From assembly GCA_963785235.1 (NCBI GenBank), contig CAWAUM010000010.1, positions 84,365 to 148,364 of the forward strand: DNA of 64,000 bases, written 5' to 3'. The translations under genes and the position numbers were made by a program. Below, piece after piece: positions 11,220 through 21,510 of the stretch. This DNA comes from an uncultured delta proteobacterium (GTDB lineage: Bacteria > Desulfobacterota > Desulfomonilia > UBA1062). How positions within the stretch are numbered: the first letter of the stretch is position 1; the number at the start of each line of letters is the position of its first letter. The notes beneath the pieces were generated by a model. That model saw only the letters and a list, made by a program, of their open reading frames with translations, made no database searches and had not been told where the DNA came from.

Positions 11220-12455
11220 TCAATAAGCACTGAGCATGGTGACAAAATCCACCCATGTCACTGAATAACCCTGATTGCAGGAAAGGGTAGAATACTTCAG
11301 AAGATCCCGTGAGATGTTCAATCCCGGCGCAGGCAAGTAGATTGCCATACCGTGGGACCGGGCAACTGGGCTGTCTGTGTTGGGACAAAAGCTCTGGTCA
11401 TCAATGACCAGATTATTGAGAATACCATCAAGCGCTGTGATTGAACTCAGGAGCTGTTCATTCGTAGTCTGCATTTTCAGCTGATCAAGAAAATCTCCCA
11501 GATCCCGGTAGATATAGGAATAGTACTCTTCCGTATTTCCTATGGCAGTCCGGATATGTTCACCCTCGCTTGCCATAGTATTGATGAGGATGTTCGCAAG
11601 TTCATTCACCCCGAGATACACCTTTTCCAGCTCAGAGGAATTTATTGCCGATTTGGTGAAACTAAAGCCAAGGTCTTTATAGTAATCCTTGCAAGCTGAG
11701 GTGATTATACGCGCCAGTTCTTCCCCGTTACTATCAGGCCGGGAGATCAGTTCACCTAAGATTCCCGTATAAGGATTGCCATAGATAGGGAAGAGAGCCT
11801 CAGAAAAGGTGATGTAGTCAGAGAGTCCCTTCAATTCATATGCAACCTCATACATGCCCATGAGGCAGGCATCAAAATCGATAATGTCTAATTTTACCCC
11901 GCTGTCCTTCACTGCCTGGGCAAGATTTGGTAGTGACATTATGTAATTATCACCGGCAGAGGTTACATCCTTTATCATCCCCTTGTTCGACCCTTTCCAC
12001 CCAAGGCCATGGCTCCACAGGATAATTGCATAGTGTCTGGCAGGGTATTGTGTCGTTGCCCATTCAATGAACTCGGTGAGCGTGGCAGGATCGGTCATGT
12101 CGAGGTTTCCCATATCTTCGAGTGTGCTTGTGATCACGGTGTTATCGGTGTCCTTTACGATCCTGCCCCTGAGAGTGTTCCTGGGCAGTGACGAGGAGAA
12201 CTCGGGGCTGAACTCCACCTGCACCACAACCTGGACATCATTGGTGGAGCCGACCTCTTCCATATCGTTGATGTTGCGGAAAGCAGCCTGGGAAATGTCC
12301 GAGTCGCCGGCCATGAAGACCATAAGGGTCCATTGCGACTCCGGGAGGGGGTCACTGTCCGTGACCACAGATCCGCCCCCGCACCCGGCGAGGAATAACA
12401 GCGCAACCATGGAGTATCTCAGAAATGCCATGAAATGTGGGATTACCTGGTACAT
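11220..12455 (-). CDS. Clostripain-family (C11) cysteine peptidase lipoprotein
   Basis: Lipobox LFLAGCGG; His-Gly (WSHGLGW) and Cys (DFDACLMG) catalytic-dyad context typical of the C11 family. Confidence 0.75.
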   Translation of the reverse strand: MYQVIPHFMAFLRYSMVALLFLAGCGGGSVVTDSDPLPESQWTLMVFMAGDSDISQAAFRNINDMEEVGSTNDVQVVVQVEFSPEFSSSLPRNTLRGRIVKDTDNTVITSTLEDMGNLDMTDPATLTEFIEWATTQYPARHYAIILWSHGLGWKGSNKGMIKDVTSAGDNYIMSLPNLAQAVKDSGVKLDIIDFDACLMGMYEVAYELKGLSDYITFSEALFPIYGNPYTGILGELISRPDSNGEELARIITSACKDYYKDLGFSFTKSAINSSELEKVYLGVNELANILINTMASEGEHIRTAIGNTEEYYSYIYRDLGDFLDQLKMQTTNEQLLSSITALDGILNNLVIDDQSFCPNTDSPVARSHGMAIYLPAPGLNISRDLLKYSTLSCNQGYSVTWVDFVTMLSAY

Positions 12456-12730
12456 GTCGTCTTATAAGATAACACATAATCATCCTCGGGATAAACATTT
12501 CCCCCATCAGGCACCTCGGACAATGCAGTGAATGCTGAAAATAAATAAAAACCGCTTTCTTGACTATGCGTTATATTGACTTACTATTGTTAGTGTGAGA
12601 TATTTCAATGCAGTATCAACCCAGATTGTATTGCATCTTTGGATCTGCACTTCTCAGGGAAGTAGTCTTGCCGCATCTTTAACAGCAGCAAAATACGTAA
12701 ACGAGTCTTGAGGATAAGCGAGGTATCCAA

Positions 12731-13802
12731 ATGGACATGAAACGCGACTACTTTGAGGATATTGAGCTCTTCAGCAGCGGTACCGTGCTCTTCTGGTCCG
12801 GGGTATTCCTGATTTTCCTCTTTACCCTTCCCCTGTACATACCTTCTTATAACATCTATCTGTTCAATATCATCATGGTCCACGTTATCCTTGCCGTGGG
12901 GTTGAACATCCTGGTGGGATACACCGGCCAGATCTCTTTAGGCCATGCCGGGTTCTTCGCCATCGGTGCCTACGGTACGGCGCTCCTCATGATGCACCTT
13001 CATCTACCCTTCCTTGTGGCGCTGATCCTCGCCGGGCTCCTCGCCGCCTTCTTCGGCTTCATCATAGGCCTGCCGGCACTGCGGCTGGAAGGGCCGTACC
13101 TCGCCATCGCCACGCTTAGGCTTCGGGCTCACCATCATGCACATCATCGGCAGGTGGGAGATCTTCGGCGGCCGCATGGGCATCAGCACGCCGCCGTTGG
13201 ACCTGGGTCTTCCGGGGTCCGCATACAGCCTGGTCATCGAGGGTGATGTGAAGATCTACTACCTCATCCTGACCATCACGGTGCTCATGGTTGTCGGCGC
13301 CCGCAACCTCATGAAGACGCGCGTCGGCAGGGCCTTCGTTGCCATACGCGACGACGACATCGCTGCCGAGGTCATGGGCGTGAACCTCACCATCTTCAAG
13401 ACCATGTCCTTTGCGGTGAGCGCCTTCTATGCAGGCGTGGCAGGCGGCCTGTACGGCTTTGTGGTAAGCTTTTTCGATCCCTTCACCTTCAATCTCATCC
13501 TGTCCATCATCTTCCTGGTCATGGTAGTGGTGGGCGGGCTCGGATCGATCCTGGGCGCCGTCATGGGGGCCGCGCTTATCACCTACCTGCAGTACGATCT
13601 TTTGAAAAACGTGGAAGAGCTGCCTTACCTGGGCAATCTCCTCGTCCTCATATCCAAGAAGTGGTTCACCGTGATCGGACTTGCAAATTTCGGCAGTATA
13701 GCGATGGGTCTCATCATGCTCGGCATCGTGATCTTCGAGCCGCTCGGCATGTTCGGGATCTGGATCAGGATCAAGAAGTACTGGAAGACCTGGCCCTTTT
13801 AG
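12731..13802 (+). pseudogene. livM: Branched-chain-amino-acid-type ABC permease LivM-like, one frameshift near 13105
   Basis: The N-terminal half (ORF 12731..13246) and C-terminal half (13137..13802) are both LivM-like. The LGFG motif is interrupted by an extra A (cttAggcttcggg). Confidence 0.75.
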
Positions 13803-13824
13803 GCCAAGAGGGGATGGATCTGAT

Positions 13825-14697
13825 ATGATCGAGCAGCTCATCATCGAAGGACTGGCCATCGGGGCATGCTACGGACTGTTCGGCGTTGCCGTGGCCATCA
13901 TCTACAAGACCTCCGAGGTAGTGAACTTCGCCCAGGGCGAGATGGGCATGATAGCCACCTTCGTGGCATTTCATGTCCTCACCCTATACCATCTCCCCTT
14001 CTGGCTCGCCTTCATCATCACCATGGTCTTTGCCATGCTGCTCGGCATGCTCATCGAGATCTGCTTCCTGCGGCCGGCCAAGGATCCCACCGTGCTGGGC
14101 CTCATCATCATTACTCTCGGTGTGGAGATGCTGCTCATGGGCATGGCCGGCTGGAAGTGGGGGGCAGAGCAGAAGGACTTCCCCTTCCTGCTCTCGGTGC
14201 AGAAGTCCCATGAGATCATCCCCGGACTCTCCTTGAACGAATGGTCCATCGGAGTCTTCGTTCTTACGGCGGTGATCATGGTGCTCCTGTTCCTCTTCTT
14301 CAGGTATTCAAGGTTGGGCATCGCCATGCGGGCGACCCAGCAGAATGTAAACGCAGCAAAGATCATGGGCATCAAGGTGGAGCGGGTGTTTTCCATTACA
14401 TGGGCCATGAGCTCTACCATCGGCGCCATAGCGGCCATGTTCTTTGCTGCTCGGTCCGTACTCGATCCGAACTTCATGATGGAACCCTTCATGCGGGCCT
14501 TTGCCGCTGCCGTGCTGGGAGGGCTCACGAGCATCCCGGGCGTGGTGGTGGGGGGCCTCCTGCTGGGGATCATTGAAAACTTCTTCGGCTATGCCTGGCC
14601 CGAGTGGAAACCCATCGTGGCCTTTGTGGTGATTATCATCATCATTACGGTCAGGCCGAGCGGACTCTTTGCAAAACATTACATCAAGAAGGTGTAG
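13825..14697 (+). CDS. livH: ABC permease LivH-like
   Basis: 290-aa polytopic protein, LivH family over its full length. Confidence 0.85.
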   Translation: MIEQLIIEGLAIGACYGLFGVAVAIIYKTSEVVNFAQGEMGMIATFVAFHVLTLYHLPFWLAFIITMVFAMLLGMLIEICFLRPAKDPTVLGLIIITLGVEMLLMGMAGWKWGAEQKDFPFLLSVQKSHEIIPGLSLNEWSIGVFVLTAVIMVLLFLFFRYSRLGIAMRATQQNVNAAKIMGIKVERVFSITWAMSSTIGAIAAMFFAARSVLDPNFMMEPFMRAFAAAVLGGLTSIPGVVVGGLLLGIIENFFGYAWPEWKPIVAFVVIIIIITVRPSGLFAKHYIKKV

Positions 14698-14715
14698 GGA
14701 CAGGACAGACAAAAG

Positions 14716-15168
14716 ATGAAAAAGACCATACTGATCACAGCAGCGGTTATAGTCGCAGCCGGCATTGCAGCCCTTGCCCTGTGGGACGGGCCGAGGTACC
14801 GGCTCGAGCTGGCCCTCGAAAGGGATAATATCGAACAGGTTGCGCGGGCGTACTTCAAGGCCGAGATGGCACGGGACTACAAAAAACTTTATGCATACCT
14901 GGCGCCTTCTTCCACCTACCGACGCACGCATACCTACGAGCAGTTCCTCAAGGATGTGTCAGGCTCGCCGGTGGGCATCAGGACCTATCACATCGTGGAC
15001 ATCTACCGGCTCCGGGGCAACCACGACCCGGCCACCTACCCTGCGGTCAAACGCTTCGTCCAGGTGGAGGTGGATGTGGATGTGGGCTTTGCCGACACCG
15101 GCACCACGAGCACGTGTAACTACTGCTTCACCTTTCTGAAAGAGGGAGACCGCTGGTACAAAGGATAG
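14716..15168 (+). CDS. Hypothetical membrane-anchored protein
   Basis: N-terminal TM (ILITAAVIVAAGIAALAL), 150 aa. Sits inside the liv-like operon. Confidence 0.5.
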   Translation: MKKTILITAAVIVAAGIAALALWDGPRYRLELALERDNIEQVARAYFKAEMARDYKKLYAYLAPSSTYRRTHTYEQFLKDVSGSPVGIRTYHIVDIYRLRGNHDPATYPAVKRFVQVEVDVDVGFADTGTTSTCNYCFTFLKEGDRWYKG

Positions 15169-15243
15169 GGGTATTCTAAAATGAAAGAGGCCGCCGGAAA
15201 ATAGGATCCGGTCAGAAAACAACAGAGAGCAAAAGGAGGTTCC

Positions 15244-16432
15244 ATGAGAAAAATGTTGTCTGGTATATTCATAATCTGTGTCGTTTTCCTGCTGGCAGGC
15301 TCTGCTGATGCAGCCAGACCCGGGTTCGACGCCAAGGAGATCCGCATCGCCCAGTGGGGTCCTCAGACCGGGCCGGCTGCGCCGTGGGGGTCGGTGGCCA
15401 GGGGAAGCGACCTGATATTCAAGATGGTCAATGATGAAGGAGGCATCCACGGCCGGAAGATCAAGTACTTCATCCGTGACGACCAGTACAACCCGGCCCA
15501 GACCAAGGGGGTAGTCAAGGAACTCGTGGAGCGCGAGGGCATCTTCGCCTTTGTGGGCGGTGTGGGTGCGGCCTGTGGCATGGCAGTAAAAGACTATCTG
15601 GCCCAGAACAAGGTCATCTGGGTAGGGCCGTCCACGGCCATCGAGCGAATATGTGTTCCCGGTGAATCCGTACCTCTTTGCCGTGTACCCTCTCTATGAC
15701 GACGAGGCAAGCATCCTCACCAAGTATGTGGTGGAAAAGATGAAGGCCACGAAGATTGCTTTCTTCTACCAGAACGACGCCTATGGCAAGACCGGGCTCG
15801 ACGGGTGCAAGACCCGCATGGATGCCCTGAAGATGAAGCTTGTGGAGGAGATCTCGGTTGAGCCGGGAGAGAAGGACCTCTCGTCCCAGATGCTCAGGCT
15901 CAAGAACTCCGGCGCCGAGGTGGTCATCTGTGGGTGAATCCCACCAGCGCCGTCATTGCGCTCAAGACCTGTCAGACCATCGGATACAAGCCCAAATGGG
16001 TATCTTCCAACACCCTGTCCGACTTCCCACTTATGCAGAAGATCAGCGGCGGCCTCTGGGAGGGTGTCATCACCGGCGGCTTCGGCATACCGCCCGACCT
16101 CCGATGACACGCGCATCGTCAAATACCGTGAGGCTGCCAAAAAGTATGCTCCCGAGGAACGCTTCGGCACCTTCTACCTGGCGGGCGTCCTGTGGGCCGA
16201 ACCGCTCATCGAGGCACTCAAGAAGACCGGGCCCAAGCTGAGCACCGAGGCCTGCCTGAAGCAGCTCAACTCCATAAAGAATTTCCAGGGCATCGGACCC
16301 AAGATCACATGGTCGCCCCAGGTGCATCAGGGGTCCGACTCGGTCTTTATCCAGCAGTGCGGACCGAACTCCAGCTATATCATCCTCCAGGACTGGATGG
16401 TCAACGACCTGGCCAAGTGGAAGAAGAAATAA
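15244..16432 (+). pseudogene. Liv-type periplasmic substrate-binding protein, upstream paralog, broken by at least 3 frameshifts
   Basis: Fragments 15244..15699, 15653..15937 and 15956..16432 (with a further frame break near 16100) together align with the intact downstream paralog along its full length, at roughly 75% amino-acid identity where alignable. Confidence 0.8.
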
Positions 16433-16523
16433 CATGGAACTTGGGGGCGGAAACCCCGCCCCTTCTTGATAACTGACAGGAAACACACACCCGGGTCTGA
16501 TATCCCGGGATTTAAAGGAGGAT

Positions 16524-17720
16524 ATGATGATCAAGAGGCACATGTTTATTACCGGAATATGCTTTCTTATCATGCTTCTCCTGCCTGTAACGGGAAGCGC
16601 AGCACGACCAGGTTTTGACGACAAGGAGATCAGGATCGGGCAGTGGGGACCTCAGACAGGTCCTGCAGCACCATGGGGATCCGTGGCCAGGGGCAGCGGC
16701 CTGCTGTTCAATGTGATCAACGAGCAGGGCGGCATACACGGCAGGAAGATCAAGTACTTCATCCGGGATGACCAGTACAACCCGGCCCAGACCAAGGGCG
16801 TGGTCAAGGAACTCGTGGAGCGTGAAGGCGTCTTCGCCTTCGTGGGAGGCGTGGGAGGTGCCTGCGGCCTGGCGGTCATGGACTATCTCAATGAAAAAAA
16901 GGTTATCTGGGTTGGTCCGTCGGCTGCCATTACCGAATTCGTCTTCCCGGTGAAGCCTTACGTGTTTGCCGTGTATCCGCTGTATGAAGACGAGGGGAGC
17001 ATCCTTGCAAAATACGTTGTTGAAAAGCTCAAGGCCAAGAAGATAGGGTTCTTCTACCAGAACGATGCCTATGGCAAGGATGGGCTTGACGGTGCCAAGA
17101 AGAGGCTCGCTACATACAAGATGAGCTTCGTGGAGGAAATCCCCGTGGAGCCCGGCGAGAAAGACCTCTCCTCCCAGATGCTGAAGTTCAAAAACTCCGG
17201 TGCGGAAGTGGTCATGATGTTTGTCAACCCAACGGTGGCCACAATTGCCCTGAAGACCTGCGCCACCGTCGACTTCAAGCCCCAGTGGGTATCCTCCAAC
17301 ACCCTGTCGGACTACGGGCTCATGCTCAAGATCACGGGCGGTCTCTGGGAGGGTGTCATCACCGGCGCCTTCGGCATGACGCCCACAGCTGACCACCCCC
17401 TCATGAACATGTATCGTGAGGCGGGAAAGAAGTATTCACCTGAAGAGCGGTGGGGTACTTTCTATCTCGCAGGCATCGTCTTTGCCGACCCCCTTGTGGA
17501 GGCACTCAAGCGCGTTGGACCGAAGCTGAGTACGGAGGCCTGTGTGAAGGCGCTGAACTCCATCAAGGACTATCAGACCATCGGTCCCAAGGTCAACTGG
17601 TCGCCGCAGATCCACCAGGGCACAGACTCCGTCCAGATCCAGAAATGCGGACCGGGCGGTTCGTACATCCTGCTCCAGGACTGGACGCCCAACGACCTGG
17701 CAACGTGGAAAAAAAAGTAG
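16524..17720 (+). CDS. livK: Liv-type ABC periplasmic substrate-binding protein (intact copy)
   Basis: 398 aa with signal peptide. Type-I periplasmic binding fold family; ribosome-binding site AAAGGAGG. Confidence 0.85.
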   Translation: MMIKRHMFITGICFLIMLLLPVTGSAARPGFDDKEIRIGQWGPQTGPAAPWGSVARGSGLLFNVINEQGGIHGRKIKYFIRDDQYNPAQTKGVVKELVEREGVFAFVGGVGGACGLAVMDYLNEKKVIWVGPSAAITEFVFPVKPYVFAVYPLYEDEGSILAKYVVEKLKAKKIGFFYQNDAYGKDGLDGAKKRLATYKMSFVEEIPVEPGEKDLSSQMLKFKNSGAEVVMMFVNPTVATIALKTCATVDFKPQWVSSNTLSDYGLMLKITGGLWEGVITGAFGMTPTADHPLMNMYREAGKKYSPEERWGTFYLAGIVFADPLVEALKRVGPKLSTEACVKALNSIKDYQTIGPKVNWSPQIHQGTDSVQIQKCGPGGSYILLQDWTPNDLATWKKK

Positions 17721-17829
17721 CGTGAACAGCAGGGGCGGGAAGAATTCCGCCCCTGCAGACACCCTCTTAGAAGGAACCGGCCGGGAGCAGGTACATATCG
17801 TCCCGGACACGAGGAAAAGGTGCTTGAAC

Positions 17830-18603
17830 ATGACGCACTTCAAGGTAGAGAATCTGGGCATCAGTTTCGGCGGTATCAGGGCCGTGGACTCTGCGAGCTT
17901 CGAGGTGGAAAAGAACTCCATCTTCTCCATCATCGGGCCCAACGGCAGTGGGAAGACCACCATTTTCAACATGATCAGCGGGATCTACAAGCCCGACTCC
18001 GGACACGTCATCCTTGATGATGAAGACATGGTAGGGCACAGACCCGACAAGATAGCCCGCAGGGGCATCGCCAGGACCTTCCAGAACATCCAGCTCTTCG
18101 GCAATGCATCCGTTATGGACAACATCATGCTGGGCAGACACATCCATATGAAAACAGGTATCATAAGCGGGGCCTTCATGTGGGGCAGGCACTCCAGAAC
18201 CGCCAAAGAGGAAGTGAAGAACCGGGAGATCGTGGAGCGTATCATCGATTTCCTTGAGCTCCAGTCCGTACGGAACCAGTTCGTAAACGCCCTGCCCTAC
18301 GGCAAGCGAAAGCTCATAGAGCTGGGCCGCGCACTGGCGCTGGAGCCCAAGGTGCTGCTCCTGGATGAGCCTTCTGCAGGCATGAACACCGAGGAGAAAG
18401 ACGATCTTAGAATCTGGATCAAGGACATCCAGGAGGATTACCAGGTGACCATCCTGCTCATCGAGCATGACATGAACATGGTCATGGGGATCTCGGATCG
18501 GATCCTGGCCATCAGCCAAGGGGTAAAGATCACCGAGGGCATCCCCTCCGAAGTCCAGAAGCACCCGGACGTCATTGCAGCCTACCTGGGCGAGGAGGAA
18601 TGA
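17830..18603 (+). CDS. livG: ABC ATPase LivG-like
   Basis: Walker A GPNGSGKTT; ABC signature and LivG C-terminal motifs. Start ATG 17830 (MTHFKVENLG). Confidence 0.9.
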   Translation: MTHFKVENLGISFGGIRAVDSASFEVEKNSIFSIIGPNGSGKTTIFNMISGIYKPDSGHVILDDEDMVGHRPDKIARRGIARTFQNIQLFGNASVMDNIMLGRHIHMKTGIISGAFMWGRHSRTAKEEVKNREIVERIIDFLELQSVRNQFVNALPYGKRKLIELGRALALEPKVLLLDEPSAGMNTEEKDDLRIWIKDIQEDYQVTILLIEHDMNMVMGISDRILAISQGVKITEGIPSEVQKHPDVIAAYLGEEE

Positions 18604-19373
18604 TGCTCGCGGTCAAGAACATCGAGACATGGTACGACCTGATTCGGGCCCTTCACGGCATCTCCTTCGAGATCCAGCAGGGCTCTATCGTAGCCCTTCT
18701 GGGCAGCAACGGCGCGGGAAAGAGCACAACACTGAAAACCATTATGCGCCTCTTAGACGACGACCAGCCGGAAAAAGGCTCCATCGAGTTCATGGGCAAA
18801 CGCATCGACCGCATGGACACCGAGGAGATCGTGCGCCTGGGCATCAGCTATGTCCCCGAGGGACGCGAGGTGTTCCCGGAGCTCACGGTCATGGAGAACA
18901 TCCTTATGGGTGCCTATACCCGTAAAGACCGCAGGGGCGTCTCAGAAGACATCGATGCCATGCTCAAGCTGTTCCCTATCCTGAGCCAGCGCAGGAACCA
19001 GCAGGCAGGCCACCTGAGTGGCGGCGAACAGCAGATGCTCGCCATCGCCCGAGCGCTCATGAGCCGCCCCAAGCTCCTCATGCTCGACGAGCCTTCGCTG
19101 GGGCTGTCCCCCCTGCTCACCAAGGAGATCTTCACCATTATCCAGAACATCAACAAGCAGGGCGTTACGATCTTGCTCGTGGAGCAGAACGTGAACATGG
19201 CGCTGAAGTATTCGACCTTCGCCTTCCTCATGGAGAACGGACGCATTGTTCGAGCAGACAAGCCGGAGGTGCTCAGGGAGGATGAGGACGTGAAAGAGTT
19301 CTATCTGGGCATTGCCACCGATCAGTCGGTGAAGGGTTACAAGCGATACCGCAGGAAGGTGAGGTTCAGGTAG
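18600..19373 (+). CDS. livF: ABC ATPase LivF-like
   Basis: Walker A GSNGAGKST, LSGGEQQ signature. Overlaps the livG stop by 4 nt. Confidence 0.9.
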   Translation: MMLAVKNIETWYDLIRALHGISFEIQQGSIVALLGSNGAGKSTTLKTIMRLLDDDQPEKGSIEFMGKRIDRMDTEEIVRLGISYVPEGREVFPELTVMENILMGAYTRKDRRGVSEDIDAMLKLFPILSQRRNQQAGHLSGGEQQMLAIARALMSRPKLLMLDEPSLGLSPLLTKEIFTIIQNINKQGVTILLVEQNVNMALKYSTFAFLMENGRIVRADKPEVLREDEDVKEFYLGIATDQSVKGYKRYRRKVRFR

Positions 19374-19406
19374 ATCAAGAGCAGCAGAGTGCGTGAGGAG
19401 CTGAAC

Positions 19407-21218
19407 ATGAATGAGATCAGAACCCTGCCCCAGGCCTTGAGGGATATCGTGAAGCGTCAGCCCGGCCGCATCGCCATGCGGATGAAGGACTATGGCATCT
19501 GGCACGACATCACCTGGGAGCAATACTACGCCAACGTGAAGAAGGTGGCCATGGGCCTGCACGCCCTGGGCGTGAAGCGGGGCGACCACGTGGCCATCGT
19601 GGGCGAGAACAAGCCCGAGTGGCTCTTCTCGGCCCTTGGGGTCATGTCCCTGGGAGCCACCTTCGTTGGGGTCTATACCACCAATCCCACCGCTGAATGC
19701 GAGTATGTTGTCGGACATTCCGAATCCGTGGTCTTCTTCTGCGAAGACGAAGAGCAGTTCGACAAGGCGCTTGAGTGCCGTCCCAGAACGCCCAAGCTCC
19801 GCAAGGCGGTTGTGTGGGACATGGAAGGGCTCAGGCACTTCAAAGACCCCATGCTCATGAGCTTTGACGATCTGTTAGAGCTGGGCGCCATGACGGATAA
19901 GGAAAACCCCGACCTGTTCGAGCTCTTAATAGACGATGGCGATACCAAGGAGATCGCCTCAATCATATACACCTCGGGTACCACCGGCCCGCCAAAAGGT
20001 GCCATGATAGCCCACGAAAACTACTTATGGATAGCACAGGCGAACGTGAAGATCACCAGGATGAGCGTGGATGACGAGACCATCTCGTTCCTTCCTCTGA
20101 ACCACGTATACGAACAGATCTTTGACCTCATGATGCACCTGAATGTCGGCCACATCGTGAACTTCACCGAGAACACGGACACGGTCATGAACGACCTCAG
20201 GGACGTCTCCCCCACTTTGTTCCACGCCGTGCCCAGGATCTGGGAGAAATACCACTCCAGCATCGTGCTCAAGATGGCCGATGCAACCTGGCTGAAAAGG
20301 AGCGTTTTTTATATCGCCTTCAAGACAGGCTCTGCCTACAATGCCTACAAGCTCGCCAAGAAACCGGTCCCCTTTTACCTGAACATTGCCTATGGCCTGG
20401 CCTACTTCTGCGTGTTCTGGAAACTGAAAGAGCGCCTGGGCTTTGACCGGGTGCGCCTGGGCTTTTCCGGTGCGGCGCCCATCTCGCACGAGATCCTCAA
20501 GTTCTTCCAGTCCATCGGTATCCCCATCCGCGAGGGCTACGGTCTCACCGAGACAACAGGCATCACCCACATCTCCGATGAGGAGCATTTCAAGCTGGGT
20601 ACCGTTGGCAGGGCACTGCCGGGCTCCGAGGTGATGATAGCGGATGACGGAGAGATACTCATCCGCCACGGCGGGGTGTTCAAGGGCTACTTCAAGGATG
20701 AGGAGACCACTGCCATGGCCCTGGAAGGCGGCTGGTTCCACACGGGTGACGTGGGTGTGATCGATTCGGAAGGCTACCTCAAGATCACGGACCGCAAGAA
20801 GGACCTCATCATCACTGCGGGAGGCAAGAACGTGGCGCCCCAGTATATCGAAAACCTGCTCAAGTTCTCGCCCTACATCAACGACGCCGTGGTCATCGGC
20901 GACCGGCGCAAGTTCATCAGCGCGCTCATCGTCATCGACGAGGAGAACGTGGTGAAATATGCCCAGGACCACAAGGTGCAGTACACCACCTTTGCCAGCC
21001 TCACCAGGACCGAGGAGGTGTTGAAGCTCATCGAGGACGAGATAACCAAGGTGAACAAGCAGATCGCCCGGGTGGAGAACATCCGCAAATTCCGGCTGCT
21101 GGACAAGAAGCTCTACACTGAGGACGGCGAGGTGACGCCGACCATGAAGGTCAAACGTGCGTCGATTGCCAAGCAGTACAAGGACGTCATCGAGGAGATG
21201 TACCGGGATGGAGAATAA
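19407..21218 (+). CDS. AMP-forming acyl-CoA ligase (long-chain fatty-acid-CoA ligase-like)
   Basis: AMP-binding motifs TSGTTGPPKG and GYGLTE..., about 600 aa. Immediately downstream of livF, same strand. Confidence 0.85.
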   Translation: MNEIRTLPQALRDIVKRQPGRIAMRMKDYGIWHDITWEQYYANVKKVAMGLHALGVKRGDHVAIVGENKPEWLFSALGVMSLGATFVGVYTTNPTAECEYVVGHSESVVFFCEDEEQFDKALECRPRTPKLRKAVVWDMEGLRHFKDPMLMSFDDLLELGAMTDKENPDLFELLIDDGDTKEIASIIYTSGTTGPPKGAMIAHENYLWIAQANVKITRMSVDDETISFLPLNHVYEQIFDLMMHLNVGHIVNFTENTDTVMNDLRDVSPTLFHAVPRIWEKYHSSIVLKMADATWLKRSVFYIAFKTGSAYNAYKLAKKPVPFYLNIAYGLAYFCVFWKLKERLGFDRVRLGFSGAAPISHEILKFFQSIGIPIREGYGLTETTGITHISDEEHFKLGTVGRALPGSEVMIADDGEILIRHGGVFKGYFKDEETTAMALEGGWFHTGDVGVIDSEGYLKITDRKKDLIITAGGKNVAPQYIENLLKFSPYINDAVVIGDRRKFISALIVIDEENVVKYAQDHKVQYTTFASLTRTEEVLKLIEDEITKVNKQIARVENIRKFRLLDKKLYTEDGEVTPTMKVKRASIAKQYKDVIEEMYRDGE

Positions 21219-21510
21219 GTGAATCGGGTTAAAAACTGTAATCCCCTTCCGTTTCGTGGAAAGTTTTTTCTCATATTTTCAGCATGTTCTCTGTATTGTA
21301 ACTGATAACCTATTGATTATTCTCATAGCCGGTTATTGCATACTTATTGCTTAAAGGTTATTCACAAGACTGTATGGCATAGTTCACAAAAAACAGGGGA
21401 TGCCATAAATTCATGTCCTCGCACACGGTGTTTGTATACAATGATAAGGAGCTGATAATTAGTCTTTCAATGTACTCCCTGCAATGCATCTGGAGGAAGG
21501 GGAAACGTTC

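Noticed and set aside
13116-13859. 247-aa ORF antisense to livM, plus similar long antisense ORFs at 18942..19838, 20025..20972, 23426..24361 and 50330..51112
   Set aside because: All lie opposite well-supported genes and have His/Asp/Gly/Arg-rich low-complexity composition typical of antisense frames in high-GC DNA. No ribosome-binding sites.
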